Part shown: positions 1 to 10,400 of the stretch, in pieces
Position numbering within the stretch: position 1 is the first letter of the stretch
Layout: each line of letters starts with the position of its first letter
NCBI GenBank assembly: GCA_937910425.1
Contig: CALEOJ010000232.1
Span: 1-57,930 of the forward strand
DNA: 57,930 nucleotides
Source: an uncultured candidate division WPS-2 bacterium
GTDB taxonomy: Bacteria; Vulcanimicrobiota; Vulcanimicrobiia; Vulcanimicrobiales; Vulcanimicrobiaceae
Direction of reading: 5' to 3'
The notes under the pieces: model-generated
Databases searched by the model: none
What the model was told of the DNA's origin: nothing
What the model saw: only the letters and a program-made list of their open reading frames with translations
Made by a program: the position numbers and the translations under genes

Positions 1-17
1 GATGAAGGCGAGGCATG

Positions 18-302
18 TTACGCTTCCGGGAGCATCGTCTGCTCCTCGGCATCCGTCGGCACGACCTTCCAACTCACCGCGCTGACGCCGCGCTCGATCG
101 GCCGGCGGTTGATGCGCTGCACGACCGGGCGCAGCAGCACGTTCGCGGCCATGATCGCGAGCGCGCCGACACCGGCTTGCATGAGGAACCCGAATCCGGC
201 CAGCGTTCCGACCGCCGCGGTGGCCCACAGCGTCGCGGCGGTGTTCAGACCGCGCACGCTGAGCCCTTCGCGGAAGATGACGCCGCCCGCGAGGAGCGTC
301 AT
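18..302 (-). pseudogene. mgtC: MgtC/SapB family remnant
   Basis: GGVIFREGLSVRGLNTAATLWATAAVG is the MgtC core; the N-terminal GLRT segment is missing and the C-terminus is short. Confidence 0.75.
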
Positions 303-311
303 CGCAGCCCC

Positions 312-1945
312 CTATCCCCGGTGCAGCGCGAGCTGAACGACGCGCACGATCACGAGCCCTGCGGCGAGGATAAGGTACGCGCGCAGCACGATCAGCCAGA
401 GGCGGCTCAGCGGGCTCATCTGCGCCGGCGGAAGATCTTCGAGCGCGGGCATCTGCCAGGTGTCGCGGCGAGCGCGCGCGTGCCCGTGCGCGCCGCGTGC
501 AGCCGGCCGGTCCCGGTGACCGCCATCCACACGCCGGATGCCGCGGCGAGGATCGTTCCGGCGACCAGGATCGCGAGGATCTGCATCCCGGTGATCGACG
601 GGAACAGCACCGACGCGGTGAGGACGATCGAGAGCATCACGAGGACCGCGATCACGATCCCGGTGAAGACATTCGTGCGCCGCGTGTTGGCCCACGGGCC
701 GAGCACGGCACGGTCGTTCGAGAGCAGCAGCAAGAACACCGTCGCGCTCGGCAGCAGCACGCCCGCCAGCGTCTGCACCGCGTTCGTGAGCAGGCCGAGC
801 GGCGTTCCGGGGATGACGACCAGCGCCGCCGCGACGACGATGAGGCCGCCGTAGATCAGATAGAACACCGGGGCGGTCGTCACGTCACGATGCAGCGAGT
901 GACGAAAGCGCAGAACGTCGCCGACGGCGTACGCCGTCGAGAGCGAGACCGCAGCCGCGCCGATGATGCTGGCGTCGATCAGCGCGATCGCGAACAGCGT
1001 GCCTGGAAGGCGCCCGGCGTACTTCGCGATCCCGGCCGCGACCGCGCCGGCATCCTGAAAGTTGCCGTACTCCGGCCGGCCGGCGAAGGCAGCCGTGGTG
1101 AACGACATCATCGCGAAGGCGCCGACCATCACGAACACGATGCCGAGAACCAGATCCCAGCGCTCGTAGTTCAGAAAGCGGGTCGTGATCCGCTTGTCGA
1201 TCACATAGCTCTGCTGAAAGAAGAGCTGCCACGGCGCGATCGTTGTCCCGACGATGGCGATGATCAGCAGCATCACGGTCGACAGCTCGGCGCCGTGCGG
1301 CAGACCCGGCACGAACAGATCGTGAACCGACTGCCCGAACGGGGCGTGGACCGCGACCAGCACCGGCACGAGCAGCAGGCTCCCCGCGCAGAGGACGAGC
1401 GAGAACCGCTCGAAGCGGCGGAAGCTGCCGGTGCCGGCGCCGATCAGCACGAGCGCGGCCGCGACCGCGACGCCGGCCGGTTTCGGCAGGCCGAAGTAGT
1501 CGAGCCCGAGCGTGATCCCGATGAACTCGGTGACGATGGTGAGCGCGTTGAGCACGAACAGGTCGATCACGCTGAAGGCGCCCCAGAACGCGCCGAAGCG
1601 CGCGAGGATCAGCCGCGCGTGCCCCACCCCGGTGACGACGCCGAGCCGCAGCACCATCTCTTGGTTGACGTACAAGACCGGCACCAGCAACAGTAGCGTC
1701 CACAGCAGGCTCGTGCCGTAGTTCTGGGCGGCCTGCGTGTACGTGCCGAACGCGCCCGCGTCGTTGTCGCCGACCATCACGATCAGGCCGGGACCGAGGA
1801 TCGCGAGGAACGTCAGGATGCGCGAGCGCCACGACGCGCGCGGTGCGACGTCGCCGTCGCGAATCGTGCCGAGCGCGCCGGTGATGTCGCCTGCGCTCGC
1901 GCGCAGTTCGTCGCGCGGGCGCGCGGGAAGAAGGAGGTTCAGCAT
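312..1945 (-). pseudogene. NRAMP-family divalent metal (Mg2+-type) transporter, frameshifted near the 3' end
   Basis: GPGLIVMVGDNDAG and GTTIAPWQLFFQQS motifs in ORF 416..1945; the family-like C-terminus WQMPALEDL...LRAYLILA...VVQLAL lies in another frame ending at 312. Confidence 0.8.
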
Positions 1946-1949
1946 GACG

Positions 1950-2051
1950 CTACTCCGTGGTTGGGGGCGCGTCGATATGGACGACGCGCGTGCATGGTTG
2001 CCGCCCGAACTCGGGCGGTGGTTTGCCGGTGCTACTACTGCCGCCGTCCAT
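1950..2051 (-). CDS. 33-aa upstream ORF/leader peptide MDGGSSSTGKPPPEFGRQPCTRVVHIDAPPTTE
   Basis: Strong SD GAGGAGGTGA before ATG; TAG ends 4 nt before the transporter ATG. Confidence 0.55.
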   Translation of the reverse strand: MDGGSSSTGKPPPEFGRQPCTRVVHIDAPPTTE

Positions 2052-2094
2052 CGCTGAACCTCACCTCCTCTCTCGTGGCTCGCTGGCCGAAATC

Positions 2095-2129
2095 AAAAAA
2101 GCCACCGGATCGCTCGCGATCTCGACGGC
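2095..2129 (-). terminator. Intrinsic terminator of the M-box expression platform
   Basis: GCCGTCG-A-GATCGC/GCGATC-CGGTGGC hairpin followed by T6. Confidence 0.8.
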
Positions 2130-2164
2130 CGAACAGCATTGGGGAACCGAAGGTCCTCCGTACT

Positions 2165-2324
2165 CCTCAACGTCGGGGGTTCGGCACCGCGCGCCGTAGA
2201 GACGGTCTCCCGTCTCAGCTGCGTTAGATCCCGCCTTGATTCGGCGGGGCCTGGTGACCCATTGGGGTCTCTCGACCTTTCCGGGCAGCAGCCTGTGTTC
2301 GCGCGGACGCCTCGCCTAACGAGG
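2165..2324 (-). ncRNA. M-box (ykoK) Mg2+ riboswitch
   Basis: Minus strand reads CTCGTTAGGCGAGGC...GCTGCTGCCCGGAAAGGTCGAGAGACCCCAATGGGTC...AACGCAGCTG...GTGCCGAA...GACGTTGAGG, matching the ykoK consensus; lies upstream of Mg transport genes. Confidence 0.93.
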
Positions 2325-2329
2325 ATGTC

Positions 2330-2356
2330 CGTATAGATCATACGCCGGGGTGTCAA
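2330..2356 (-). promoter_or_regulatory. Probable sigma70 promoter of the M-box leader
   Basis: Perfect TTGACA at 2351-2356 just upstream of the aptamer; -10 element unclear. Confidence 0.45.
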
Positions 2357-2369
2357 CCCCAAAAGTCCG

Positions 2370-3236
2370 CTACGCCGCTGCGAACTTTCGGTCGAGGACC
2401 TCGACGCGCCGGTGGGTGGTGAAGCGTCCGCGATACGGTGCGACGAAACGGCCGGAGGTCGGCGCGACGTCGGCGTAGTCGCGGCCGGCCGCGACGAAGA
2501 CGTAGTCCAAGTTCGTATGGCGCTCGTGCGTCGGGTCGTAGGCGGTGACCGCTGCGATCCCCGTGCCCGGCGCCGGCTCGATCACCTCGAGCCACGCGTG
2601 CGTCCCGCCTTCGCCGAGCAGGTGGCCGGAAACATAGCGCGCCGGAATCCCGCACGACCGGCACAGCGCGATCATCACGTGCGCGAAGTCTTGGCAGACT
2701 CCCGTCCCTTGGGCGAAGGCCTCGGCTGCGGTCGTCTCGACCGTCGTCGCGTCCGGCACGTACCGCATGTGCTGCGCGACGAACGCGTTGATATGCGCGG
2801 CGAGCTTGCCGGCGCCGTCGTCTTCTGCCATCAGTCGCTCCGCGATGGCGCGCAGCGCGAGGCTGGGCTGCGTCAGCGCCGACGGCCGACGGAAACGCGG
2901 GTCGTCGAACCAGGTCGGTTCGAGGTGCGGCCAGGGCCCGTCACCGCGGCGGATCGTCGCCTGGTAGTCCAGCTGGATCTCGCGCTCGACGCGTTCCGCT
3001 TCGATCGTCACGACGATGTTGCCGAAGGCGTCTTCGTGCCACTCCACGGGCAGATCCGGGCTCACCCGCAACTCATGGCCGACGCGCCGCTGGTCGCCGT
3101 AGACTGCCGGGGGCGCGACGACCAGTCGGTGCCGCAGGTGCTCGATCGGCCCCGGGTACTCGTAGCGGAACTGCTGGTGCAGCACGTACGACGCGCCGAC
3201 GAGGCGCTCGCTGCTCATCGATCCACCATCAATCAT
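2370..3236 (-). CDS. Transglutaminase-like family protein (3rd of operon)
   Basis: GVCQDFAH, THAW and YDPT triad motifs; N-terminal Bact_transglu_N-like region. Confidence 0.9.
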   Translation of the reverse strand: MIDGGSMSSERLVGASYVLHQQFRYEYPGPIEHLRHRLVVAPPAVYGDQRRVGHELRVSPDLPVEWHEDAFGNIVVTIEAERVEREIQLDYQATIRRGDGPWPHLEPTWFDDPRFRRPSALTQPSLALRAIAERLMAEDDGAGKLAAHINAFVAQHMRYVPDATTVETTAAEAFAQGTGVCQDFAHVMIALCRSCGIPARYVSGHLLGEGGTHAWLEVIEPAPGTGIAAVTAYDPTHERHTNLDYVFVAAGRDYADVAPTSGRFVAPYRGRFTTHRRVEVLDRKFAAA

Positions 3237-4050
3237 TCCGATCGGCCCAAACCGTCATCGTCTCCAGCCGCACGTCGCCGTAGGTCGTCACCATCGCGAC
3301 GTCGAGCGCGTCGCGACCGCGCGCGATGGTCACGTGGCCGATCCGGCGCTGATTGTTGCGGGGGTCGAAGGTGTACCAGCGGTCGCCCAGATAGGCCTCG
3401 AACCAGGCGCAGAAGTCCATCGGGGCGTCGGTCAGCGGGATGCCGATATCCGGCAGGTACCCGAAGGCGTAACGTGCCGGGATGTTGAGGGCGCGGCAGA
3501 AGCTGATCGCGACTTGCGCGAAGTCGCGGCAGACGCCGGTGCCGGAGTCGACGACGTCGGCGGAGGTCGTCTGCGGAAGGCTGGTCCCGTAGGCGAAGCG
3601 GATGTTCCCATAGACCCAGTCACAGATCGCCTGAACTCGGCTCCAGCCGGGTTGCAGGTGGCCGAAGAGTTGCCACGCCCGGTCGGAGAGCCGGTCCGAC
3701 AGGCAGAGGCGGCTGGGCAGCGTGTACAAGAGCGTGTCGTCGGGCAGGTCGGCCACCGGGACCTCGCGCGCGAACCAGTCGGTGTCGGCCGGACCCGGCG
3801 GGACGTGGACGACGGCATCGTACCGCAGCGTCGTTTTCCCGGGGGCGAAGGTGAGCCGGCGGCACGCGTTGCCGTAGAGGTCGCGATAGTCGTGATGCGG
3901 CGTCGGCGGGTCGACCGACCAGTTCTCGGACATCACCTGGTGCTCGCGCTCTTCGGCCCGAACCAGGATGACCGCCGGGGTGGCGGTGCCGGCTTCGTGG
4001 ACGAACTCGCAGCCGACCCGCAGTGCGAGGGGCGAAACGATCTGCATCAT
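3229..4050 (-). CDS. Transglutaminase-like family protein (2nd)
   Basis: GVCRDFAQ, PMDFCAWFE, FDPRNN, GRDALD; ATGA overlap with the upstream gene. Confidence 0.9.
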   Translation of the reverse strand: MMQIVSPLALRVGCEFVHEAGTATPAVILVRAEEREHQVMSENWSVDPPTPHHDYRDLYGNACRRLTFAPGKTTLRYDAVVHVPPGPADTDWFAREVPVADLPDDTLLYTLPSRLCLSDRLSDRAWQLFGHLQPGWSRVQAICDWVYGNIRFAYGTSLPQTTSADVVDSGTGVCRDFAQVAISFCRALNIPARYAFGYLPDIGIPLTDAPMDFCAWFEAYLGDRWYTFDPRNNQRRIGHVTIARGRDALDVAMVTTYGDVRLETMTVWADRND

Positions 4051-4952
4051 TGTTGCTGCTGCTCTTGCTGCTCGAGCATCTGCTGCTCCCGCTGCTGCTG
4101 CACCGGGGAGAGCGCTTCGACGAAGACGTCGACCGACATCGAGCTCGACGAGGCGCCGACGTAGACGCCGCGCACGGGGCTGACGTCGCGGTAGTCGCGC
4201 CCGGTCGCGATGCGCACGAAATGGTCGCCGATCCACGTGTCGTTGGTCGGGTCGATCCCGACCCAGCCGCGGGGGCCCAGATACGCCTCCGCCCAAGCGT
4301 GCGACGCCTCGGCACCGAGCGTCTCACCGCCGCCGGCGGAATGGATGTAGCCGCTGACGTAGCGGGCCGGGATCCCGGCGCGCCGGCACAGCGCGATGAG
4401 GACGTGCGCAAAGTCCTGACACACGCCGCGCCGCAGCGCGATCGACTCTTCGACCCGCGCGTGCACGTCCGTCTGGCCGGTCTCGTAGACGAACTCGCGG
4501 TTGATCGCCTTCGAGGCGGTCCGGAACCACTCGACGACGTCGTCGTCCGGGCCGGGGATGCCGAGCGGCGCCGCGAACGCCTCGAACCCCTCGCCGTAGC
4601 GCACGTAGCGGCTCTCGTGCAAGAAGTCCCAGAGTTCGTCGCGCAGGGGATCGTCGTCGACGAGGCTGCGCCGCGTCGGCGCCGGCGCACGCGCGGCCCC
4701 GCGTGCCGTGACGACCTGCGAGCGCGCGATGATCTCGAGCATGTCGTGCTCGGGCAGCACCGCGAAGTGCTGGACGTCGTTGCCGAAGCGGTCGCCGTAG
4801 GAGAAGACGCGCACGCGCGGCGCGACGGTCAGCTCGTACTTCGTGCAGTACTGCGAGGTGTCGCTGCGCGGCTGGAGGTGCACGATGGTGTGGCTCTCGT
4901 GCACGGGAACCGGATAGCGGTAGCGCGTGCGGTGCGCGATCGTGAACCGCAT
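4047..4952 (-). CDS. Transglutaminase-like family protein (1st) with Gln-rich C-terminal tail
   Basis: Starts MRFTIAHRTRYRY; GVCQDFAH, SHAW, IDPTN, GRDYRDV; ends QQQREQQMLEQQEQQQQ. Confidence 0.9.
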   Translation of the reverse strand: MRFTIAHRTRYRYPVPVHESHTIVHLQPRSDTSQYCTKYELTVAPRVRVFSYGDRFGNDVQHFAVLPEHDMLEIIARSQVVTARGAARAPAPTRRSLVDDDPLRDELWDFLHESRYVRYGEGFEAFAAPLGIPGPDDDVVEWFRTASKAINREFVYETGQTDVHARVEESIALRRGVCQDFAHVLIALCRRAGIPARYVSGYIHSAGGGETLGAEASHAWAEAYLGPRGWVGIDPTNDTWIGDHFVRIATGRDYRDVSPVRGVYVGASSSSMSVDVFVEALSPVQQQREQQMLEQQEQQQQ

Positions 4953-5866
4953 CAGCCGACCGGGACGCGCGGGAAGTAGGCGGAGGTGATCGCCGAACCG
5001 AGCTCGTCGACCGAGGCGGTGATCCGCTCCGCGACGTTCGCCGTACCCTCGCGCGCGAGGTCGGCGGCGCCGTCGTAGTCGAGCGACGAGCAGATCCGTC
5101 CGGACGTGCGTTCGGCGGCGGTCGCGAACGTCCCGACGGGGGCGCCCGAGAGCCGGTGCAGCGCGTGGTCGACTTCGTGCAGGCAGAAGCGCAGCGAGCG
5201 CGGGAAGCTGCTGCTGAGCGCGAGGAACGCGAGCGCTTCGACCGGATCGAACGACTGCTGGCGCGCGCGGGCGTACGGCTCGCTCGCGCAGCACGCTTCG
5301 AGGACCAGCTGCCAGACGTGCGGCCCGGCGTCGGGCTCCATCGCGCGCAGGACGCGGGCCGTCATCGCCGCGCGCTCGAGATAGCGCCCGATGCGCAGGA
5401 ACATCCAGGCGTCCTCGCGCGCCAGCGTCGCATCGCAGATCCCGCCGAACGCCTGCGCGCTCTCGCGGATGGCGTGCAGGAACGACGACGCACCGTCGGG
5501 CCCGATCGCGCGCGGCGAGTGGGCCTCGACGAACAGGTACAGCCCGTTGATGCACTCCCAGATCTCGGTCGTCAGCTCGGCGCGGACGCCGATCGCGTTG
5601 CGCCGCGCGATCCGCACGCAGGCGGTGATCGAGAGCAGCGTCTCGCTGCCGAAGACGATCCGTTCGATCGCCGCGTTGCGATCGATCTCGCCCTCGTCCG
5701 GCGGCGCGATCCCGGCGACGGCGTACGCCGCGCGCCAGCGGCGTTCGGCATCGACCGCGCGGTCGACCGAGCGCGTCGCGGTGACGTCGATCAGGCGTGC
5801 GAGATCTTCCGCACGCTCGACGTTGCGCGCGGTCCAATAGAGCGACTCGGCGACGCGGCTCAGCAT
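4952..5866 (-). CDS. Alpha-E domain protein (DUF403)
   Basis: MLSRVAESLYW..RNVERAE and GRYLERA (ER motifs), FPRS. Confidence 0.92.
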   Translation of the reverse strand: MLSRVAESLYWTARNVERAEDLARLIDVTATRSVDRAVDAERRWRAAYAVAGIAPPDEGEIDRNAAIERIVFGSETLLSITACVRIARRNAIGVRAELTTEIWECINGLYLFVEAHSPRAIGPDGASSFLHAIRESAQAFGGICDATLAREDAWMFLRIGRYLERAAMTARVLRAMEPDAGPHVWQLVLEACCASEPYARARQQSFDPVEALAFLALSSSFPRSLRFCLHEVDHALHRLSGAPVGTFATAAERTSGRICSSLDYDGAADLAREGTANVAERITASVDELGSAITSAYFPRVPVG

Positions 5867-7308
5867 TATTCCGCCAGCACCCAGGTGTCTTTTGAGCCCC
5901 CGCCTTGCGAGGAGTTCACGACCAGCGAGCCCTCGACCAGCGCGACGCGCGTCAGCGCCGCCGGCGGAACGTCGACGCGGTTTCCCGCGAGGAGCGCGAA
6001 CGGCCGCAGGTCGACGTGCCGGGGCGCGAGCCCCGCTTCGACGACGGTCGGATGCGAGGAGAGCATGATCACCGGCTGCGCGATGAAGTCGCGCGGCTGC
6101 GCGCGGATCGCGTCGCCGAACTCCGCGCGCTCCGCGTGCGTGCTCGTCGGCCCGATCAACATCCCGTAGCCGCCCGACGCGGACGTACGCTTCACGACCA
6201 GCGCCTCGAGCCGGCTCAGGACGTGCTGGCGCTCCGCGGCGTCGGAACAGTCGAAGGTCAGCACGTTGTCGAGCACCGGCTCTTCGCCCAGGTAGTAGCG
6301 GATCATCGCCGGGACGTACGGGTAGACCGCTTTATCGTCGGCGACGCCGGTGCCGATCGCGTTGGCGAGCGTGACGTTGCCGGCGCGATAGGCGTCGAAC
6401 AGCCCGGCGACGCCGAGCGAGGAGTCGGGGCGGAAGTAGAGCGGGTCGATGAAGTCGTCGTCGACGCGCCGGTAGAGGACGTCGATCCGCTGCGGGCCGC
6501 GTGTCGTCTTCGTATAGACCATGTTGTCGCGCACGAACAGGTCGTTGCCTTCGACCAGCTCGACGCCCATCCGGCGCGCGAGCAGCGTGTGCTCGAAGTA
6601 GGCGCTGTTGTGGATCCCCGGCGTGAGCAACGCGATGACGGGATCGGCCGCCTGCACCGGCGCGGAGGCCAGCAGCGCGTCGCGAAGGCGGCGCGGGTAG
6701 TCGTCGACCGGGCGCGGTTCGTAGCCCTCGAACAGCCGCGGGAACGAGCGCTTCAAGACGTCGCGGTTCTCGAGCACGTACGAGATCCCGGACGGCGTGC
6801 GGACGTTGTCTTCGAGCACCAAGAAGGTGCCCTCGTGGTCGCGGACGAGGTCGATCCCCGAGACGTGGATATAGGTGTCGTGGGGTGGCCGGATACCGAT
6901 CGCCTCGCGCTCGAAGTGCACCGAGGAGTAGACCAATTCGCGCGGGACGATACCGTCGCGCAGGATCCGGCCTTCACCGTAGACGTCGTTCAGGAAGGCG
7001 TTGAGCGCGAGGACCCGCTGTGCGACGCCGCGTGCGATGGGATCCCAGTCGCTCGCCGGGATGATGCGTGGGATCAGGTCGAACGGCAGGATCCGCTCGG
7101 TGCCGCGCGTGTCGGAGTAGACGGTGAAGGTGACGCCGAGCTGCAGCAGGACCGTGTTGACGGTCGTGACCCGGTGCCGGAAGTCGGCCGACGAGATCCC
7201 TTCGAGCGTCGCCGCGAGCGCCTCGTAGTGGGCGCGCGGGCGTCCATCAGCATCCGCGAACTCGTCGAACGCAGGCGCGGGTGCATAGCGATCGAGGATC
7301 GAGCGCAT
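5866..7308 (-). CDS. Circularly permuted type 2 ATP-grasp protein (DUF404/407)
   Basis: PFDLIPRII, LEDNVRTPSGISY, YRRVDDDF, GVADDKA, VVNSSQGGGSKDTWV. Confidence 0.95.
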   Translation of the reverse strand: MRSILDRYAPAPAFDEFADADGRPRAHYEALAATLEGISSADFRHRVTTVNTVLLQLGVTFTVYSDTRGTERILPFDLIPRIIPASDWDPIARGVAQRVLALNAFLNDVYGEGRILRDGIVPRELVYSSVHFEREAIGIRPPHDTYIHVSGIDLVRDHEGTFLVLEDNVRTPSGISYVLENRDVLKRSFPRLFEGYEPRPVDDYPRRLRDALLASAPVQAADPVIALLTPGIHNSAYFEHTLLARRMGVELVEGNDLFVRDNMVYTKTTRGPQRIDVLYRRVDDDFIDPLYFRPDSSLGVAGLFDAYRAGNVTLANAIGTGVADDKAVYPYVPAMIRYYLGEEPVLDNVLTFDCSDAAERQHVLSRLEALVVKRTSASGGYGMLIGPTSTHAERAEFGDAIRAQPRDFIAQPVIMLSSHPTVVEAGLAPRHVDLRPFALLAGNRVDVPPAALTRVALVEGSLVVNSSQGGGSKDTWVLAE

Positions 7309-7420
7309 CTCCCGCTGGTTTACCCAGCGGGAGGCGGCTCCGCTCGCCAAACGGCCAACAGCCGTTCGACAGCCTCAGCTCTGAGGTCGGGTCAGCTCTG
7401 GCCTCGGGTGGGGATGACCT

Positions 7421-10400
7421 CTAATGCGCCGGGGCGGTCTCCGGCTCGATCACGGTCCGCCCCTCGCCGCCACGGCGGCGGAAAGACGGCGGCTTCGGCG
7501 CGAAGCGCGGCTCGATGTGACGCGCGACCAGCAGATAGATCGTCGGCACGACCACCAAGGAAAGCAACGTCGAGGTGACGAGCCCGCCGATGACGACCGT
7601 GCCGAGCGGCGCCTGCGTCTGTGAGCCGGCTTCGATCCCCAGCGCGATCGGCAGCATCCCGCCCAGCGTCGCGAACGTCGTCATGAGGATCGGACGCAAG
7701 CGCATCGGCCCGGCGTGCATGAGCGCCTCGCGCGGATCGAGCCCTTCGTCGCGCCGCAGCTGCTTGGTGAACTCGACCACGAGGATCGCGTTCTTTACCG
7801 CGATGCCGACCAGCATCAGCGAGCCGATGAACGCTGTCAATCCGAACGCCCGGTGCGTGATCCACAGCGATGCGATGATCCCGATCAGCGCGAACGGCAC
7901 CGCCATCATGATGACCAGTGGGTCGAGGAACGACTCGAACTGCGAGGCCAGGAGCATGTAGATCAGCGCGATCGCGAGGATCACGACCAGGGTTAGCGCG
8001 CCGAACGTGTCGTTGTTGGCCGTGACCGACGGACCGTATTGCCAGCGGTAGCCTGCCGGGAAGGTGTAGGAGTTCATGATTTCCGTGACCTGCGAGAGCA
8101 CGTCGCCGAGCGCCGAAGCGCCGACCAGCGGCGCGTCGATGTCGACCCGGCGCGCTTTGTTCTGGCGGGGGATCTGCGAAGGCCCCTGGCCGAGCGTGAG
8201 CGCCGCGACGCCTGAGAGCGGGACGGCGTTGAGCGACTGCGACGACGGTGTGCTCGCGCCGGTACCGGTGGTGCTGCCGGTCGGCGCTGTACTCGTAACC
8301 GCAGCGCCCGTCGTGGACGAATTCGGTTCGATCAGCAGGGAGCCCAGCGAGTCGAGCGTGCGGCGCTGCGCGGCCGGGAGCTGGACCATGATCGGGTACT
8401 GCGTGCCGTTCGTCTGCCAGTACGACGCGATGGTGCCGCTGGTCGCGGTCGAGATGATGTTGGCGATGTCGCCGGTCGAGAGACCGAGCTGTGCCGCGAC
8501 CCGCCGGTCGACGTTGATGTCGACTTCGGGCTGTGACGGCGTGATGTTGGTGTCAGGGCGACCGATACCCGGAATCTCCTTGAGCTGCGGGATCAGATCG
8601 CGCTGCGCCATCGTGTAGAGCTGGTTGATGTCGGGGCCGTACAGCTGGATCTCGACCGCGTCGGAGCCCTGGCTGACGACGCGCTGTACGATGTCGATGC
8701 CGCTGACGTATGCGGTCGTCCCGACGAGCGCGGTGCGCAGCGCGCGGAATTTGGCACGCTGCTCGGGCGTGAATTTCGGACCTGCGGTCGTGGCGGAGCC
8801 GCCGGCGCCCCGCACCGTTCCCCCCAGCCGCTGGGTCCACTGTATGACGAAGGCGTCCGCCGCCGAGCCGCTCAGGCCGGGCTTCAGCGCGACCGCCATC
8901 GACGCCTGATTGGTGATGACGCGCGTGCCGGCGCCGGTGAACGCGGAGCCGACCGAGACGGAGACATCGGCGACGCGCGGGTCGCTCCTGAGCGCGTCCT
9001 CGACCTTTTGCGAGACGCCGTTGGTGATCGCGACTGACGTCCCGTTCGGCGTGCGGATGTTGACCTGGACAAAGCGCGAAGACGACGCCGGGAACGTCTC
9101 CGTCTTCACGACGCCCGCTTTCACCGCGACGACCGCGAGCACGAGCAGCACGACGCCGGCGCTCAGCACGAGCGCGGGCCGGTCGATCGCGAAGCCGAGA
9201 AGCCGCTTGTACGCGCCTTCGAATCGCGAGTACCCGTGGTCGAACCCTGCGCTGAAGCGCTCGTAGAGACCGCGGCGCACGCTCCCCGTCCCTTCGGCCA
9301 CGTGCACGGTGTGCGCGTCGAGCATGATGCTCGAGAGCATCGGCACGGTCGTCGTCGCGACCAGCAACGAGATCGCCACGCCGACGATGATCACCAGCGC
9401 GAACGGCCCGAAGATCAGCCCCTGGAGACCTGGGATCAGCAGCAGCGGCACGAACACCGTGACCACCGTGACCGTCGAGGCCAGAACGGCCGAGAAGATC
9501 TGCGAGGTCGCGTTACGCGCCGCCTCGCGCGGCGATTCGCCTTCGGCGAGATGGCGGTAGATGTTCTCGATGACGACGACCGCGTCGTCGACGATCAGCC
9601 CGACCGCGAGCGCCAGCCCGCCCAGCGTCATGATGTTCAGCGACTGGTTGAGCATGTACGCGGCGAACATCGTTCCCATCACCGAGATCGGGAGCGAGAT
9701 CGCGACGATCAGCGTCGAACGGAGCGAGTGCAGGAAGAGCAGGATGATCAGCACGGCGAGGATCGCGCCGTAGATCGCGGTGTGCATCAGCGCGTCGACG
9801 GCGTTGCGGATGAAACCCTGCTGGTCAAAGACCACGCCGAAGTGCATCGTCGGATAGCGCTTGCTGAAGTCGGCGATCTTGCCGTAGACGCCCTGCGAGA
9901 CCGCGATGACGTTCGCGTCTGGCTGCGCCGTGATGGCAAGCGCGATCGACGGCACGCCGTCGAGCCGGGAGTAGGAGCGGACTTCTTGGATGCTGTCGCT
10001 CACTTTGGCGACGTCGCGGATGTAGACCGGCGTGCCGTTCTTCACCGTCAGCACGGTGTTCGCGACTTCGTCGGCGCCCTTGTACAGCGCGTTCGCGCGG
10101 ATCACGAACTCTTTGGGGCCTATCGCGAGCACCCCGGCGGGAGCGTCGACGTTCTCGTTCTTGATCTTGTTGACGATCGCGTTCGTGTCGAGGCCGTAGC
10201 CGGCCAGCGCGTTCGCGTCGGGCTCGACCATGATCGCGCGCTGCGCGCCCCCGAAGACGCTGACCGAGCCGACACCCGACACGCCGGCGAACTCGTCGGC
10301 GAGCTGGTTGTTGAAGAGGTCGTAGAGATCGCGCAGCGGCCGGCTCTGATCGGTTATCGAGAGCCGGACCACCGGAATCGAGTTGGGGTCGGCTTTCTGG

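Noticed and set aside
4953-5837. N-terminal extension of the 596-aa transglutaminase ORF
   Set aside because: Overlaps the alpha-E gene out of frame; the true start is ATG 4952
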